A stretch of 29,173 nt of DNA from a virus. Lineage: Duplodnaviria > Caudoviricetes. Positions 27,759 through 29,173 of this stretch are shown piece after piece; position 1 is the stretch's first letter; each line of letters opens with the position of its first letter. Below the pieces are notes generated by a model that saw only the letters and a list, made by a program, of their open reading frames with translations, did no database searches and had not been told where the DNA came from. The translations under genes and the position numbers were made by a program. The stretch spans positions 1-29,173 of IMG/VR virus record IMGVR_UViG_3300010153_000068; one strand, 5' to 3'.

Positions 27759-27824
27759 ATTACCTCTCTATTAGTTATTTTCTCTACGACAAAATACTTG
27801 TATATCGTACTCTGGCGTACCATT

Positions 27825-27853
27825 AACTTACTAAATTCTGTATTAAAAGTCAA
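27825..27853 (-). promoter_or_regulatory. sigma70-like promoter upstream of the amidoligase cassette
   Basis: TTGACT-N17-TAAGTT. Confidence 0.65.
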
Positions 27854-27876
27854 GAACTATTTTAAACTATCTTCTA

Positions 27877-28008
27877 CTAGAAACATAGTCTAAGAATTAT
27901 TATCAGTAGATATATTGTACCTACGTACAATATAACCTCTCCGAAAATTTCTAGTCTATCTAATATACCTTCTATTACTTCTACTACTATCTTCTCTATA
28001 TTATTCAT
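27877..28008 (-). CDS. 43-aa small protein with C-terminal TM (MNNIEKIVVEVIEGILDRLEIFGEVILYVGTIYLLIIILRLCF)
   Basis: Not in ORF track. AAGGAG SD. Confidence 0.6.
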   Translation of the reverse strand: MNNIEKIVVEVIEGILDRLEIFGEVILYVGTIYLLIIILRLCF

Positions 28009-28028
28009 TCTACTACTCCTTATCTATA

Positions 28029-28073
28029 GAGCCTTGCTAGAGAATCGAACTCTAGTAGATACCATACAAGGCT
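28029..28073 (-). ncRNA. minimal tRNA-like element lacking D-stem and anticodon arm
   Basis: Minus strand reads AGCCTTG-TATGGTATCTA-CTAGAG-TTCGATT-CTCTAG-CAAGGCT-C: 7-bp acceptor-like stem, GG-containing linker, 6-bp stem with a canonical 7-nt T-loop. Confidence 0.65.
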
Positions 28074-28098
28074 ACCGAGCCACACTACGAGCTAAACT

Positions 28099-28204
28099 TT
28101 AGAGAGTTACAAGTAGGTGCTAGTCTTATATTCGCTGATTGACTAGACTACATTCTGCGAAACCTCTTGCCTTAATACTCTATTATTAAAAGTACACTCT
28201 CTAA
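28099..28204 (-). ncRNA. candidate structured RNA with nested pseudoknot
   Basis: Pairings 28099-28107/28196-28204, 28110-28118/28162-28169, 28120-28125/28141-28146, 28131-28135/28157-28161 (crossing) and 28172-28177/28184-28189. Confidence 0.45.
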
Positions 28205-28227
28205 TTATTCACTACTATGTAGTATCT

Positions 28228-28683
28228 CTACCACGTTTTCTCTTCTCTAAGTATTGGTCGTAGAATCTTTGGGTCGTACTTCCTAGCTTTTCTACTCATA
28301 TATGGCGTACCTACTACCATCTTTCTACTAAAACTTTTCTCTCTCTGGACTTGCTTCTCTAAAGCTTCTCCTCTCTCTTTACCATCTAGTGTAGTGGCTA
28401 GAGTTATTTTTTTGTAGGAAACTCCTCTCTCTACATTGTGAACATCTACTCTTTTATTTTCTCTGTAAGAATTTTCTCTAATCATTTCTATTAGAGTCCA
28501 ATTCTGTAGAATAGTTTTACTTTCTATCTTAGCTTTACTCTCTCCATTCTCTTTTATCTCTAAGATATACTTTCTACTAGCTATATCTCTACTAATGAAT
28601 ATCTCTACATTACTTTCTACTTTGTATCTATACTCATCAAATGGAGTAGGAGATTGCATATCTACTATTATTTCTCTACTCAT
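28228..28683 (-). CDS. hypothetical early protein
   Basis: 151 aa, GAGG SD. Confidence 0.65.
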   Translation of the reverse strand: MSREIIVDMQSPTPFDEYRYKVESNVEIFISRDIASRKYILEIKENGESKAKIESKTILQNWTLIEMIRENSYRENKRVDVHNVERGVSYKKITLATTLDGKERGEALEKQVQREKSFSRKMVVGTPYMSRKARKYDPKILRPILREEKTW

Positions 28684-28771
28684 TTTGACCTCTACTATTA
28701 ATCTATCTATTAAATTGGTGTCTACTATTTATCTTAATAGAAACCAAGTTACTATATAGACCTTGGTCTAT

Positions 28772-28812
28772 GGAGAGAGCCTTTCCAATATTGACTCTCT
28801 CCGAGTTTTTTT
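28772..28812. terminator. strong hairpin; terminator-like on + strand or processing stem on - strand
   Basis: GGAGAGAGCC-N11-GACTCTCTCC followed by GAG and T7 on the + strand. Confidence 0.5.
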
Positions 28813-28816
28813 ATCT

Positions 28817-29086
28817 CTACTTTTTACAATTCAGAGAAACTTCAGATATAGAATCTCCCAACTCAGATAGAGAATTATTCCACTCTACTAAATTACCATT
28901 AGAATGGACAACTTCTACAAATGTATTCCACGCATTTTGAACTTCAGTAGGTGCGAAATCTAATTTACCGGTTCTAGGCATAGAAACTTTACCTAGTCTT
29001 ACGGCTTCATCTAGCTGATTTTGTTCTATAATACCAGCTTCTACTAAAGCTTTCATAGATGAATAACTAGTCTTAGTTTTACTCAT
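28817..29086 (-). CDS. hypothetical early protein
   Basis: Start moved to ATG 29086 (MSKTKTSY) with AAAGGAG SD; the upstream extension overlaps the promoter. Confidence 0.65.
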   Translation of the reverse strand: MSKTKTSYSSMKALVEAGIIEQNQLDEAVRLGKVSMPRTGKLDFAPTEVQNAWNTFVEVVHSNGNLVEWNNSLSELGDSISEVSLNCKK

Positions 29087-29124
29087 AGTGTAACTCCTTT
29101 GATTAATTAAATAATTCATGAGTG

Positions 29125-29154
29125 AATATAACACTAAATAAACATAAAAAGCAA
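29125..29154 (-). promoter_or_regulatory. sigma70-like early promoter with extended -10
   Basis: TTGCTT-N18-TATATT with TGn immediately before the -10; AT-rich upstream. Confidence 0.55.
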
Positions 29155-29173
29155 ATTATATTTGCATAAATAT

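Noticed and set aside
28029-28073. Calling this a bona fide tRNA gene or tmRNA
   Set aside because: No anticodon arm or D-stem, no G3-U70 pair and no tag reading frame; reported as a tRNA-like element instead
28131-28170. SAM-II/SAM-V riboswitch or HDV/theta ribozyme assignment
   Set aside because: Only superficial words match (TGATT, AATGTAG on opposite strands); the required helix order and conserved nucleotides were not found by eye
1-29173. Stop-codon reassignment (TAG recoding) suggested by TAG abundance
   Set aside because: Long genes are intact in the standard code, TAG ends genes at sensible coupled junctions (e.g. 15589-15591, 24401-24403), and there is no suppressor tRNA

Overview
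A 29.2-kb AT-rich fragment of a tailed dsDNA phage genome, probably with podovirus-like virion architecture. It is organised as two convergent arms whose final stop codons overlap at 16436-16439. The + arm (1-16439) carries late genes: the C-terminal end of a tail-fibre gene, small virion proteins, a membrane/lysis cluster with an M15 endolysin, four tandem lysine-rich microproteins, a split tail nozzle/stabilisation-like gene, four probable internal/ejection proteins and a terminal ADP-ribosyltransferase-like ORF. The - arm (29173-16436) carries early and replication genes behind sigma70-like promoters: small ORFs, an amidoligase + class II glutamine amidotransferase + amidoligase cassette, a Cas4-like PD-(D/E)xK exonuclease, a Rad52/Sak-like annealing protein, an SSB-like protein, an Hjc-like resolvase and a DnaB helicase. 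No terminase, portal, major capsid, DNA polymerase, primase or integrase was recognised in the window. The most unusual signals are a 45-nt anticodon-less mini-tRNA (acceptor stem + GG loop + T-arm) preceded by a pseudoknotted structured element in the early region, the double amidoligase/GATase cassette with zinc ribbons, a candidate ART effector, codon-level avoidance of GATC and CCWGG, and a candidate A-AAA-AAG -1 frameshift. All family calls come from motif recognition by eye; no database searches were run.
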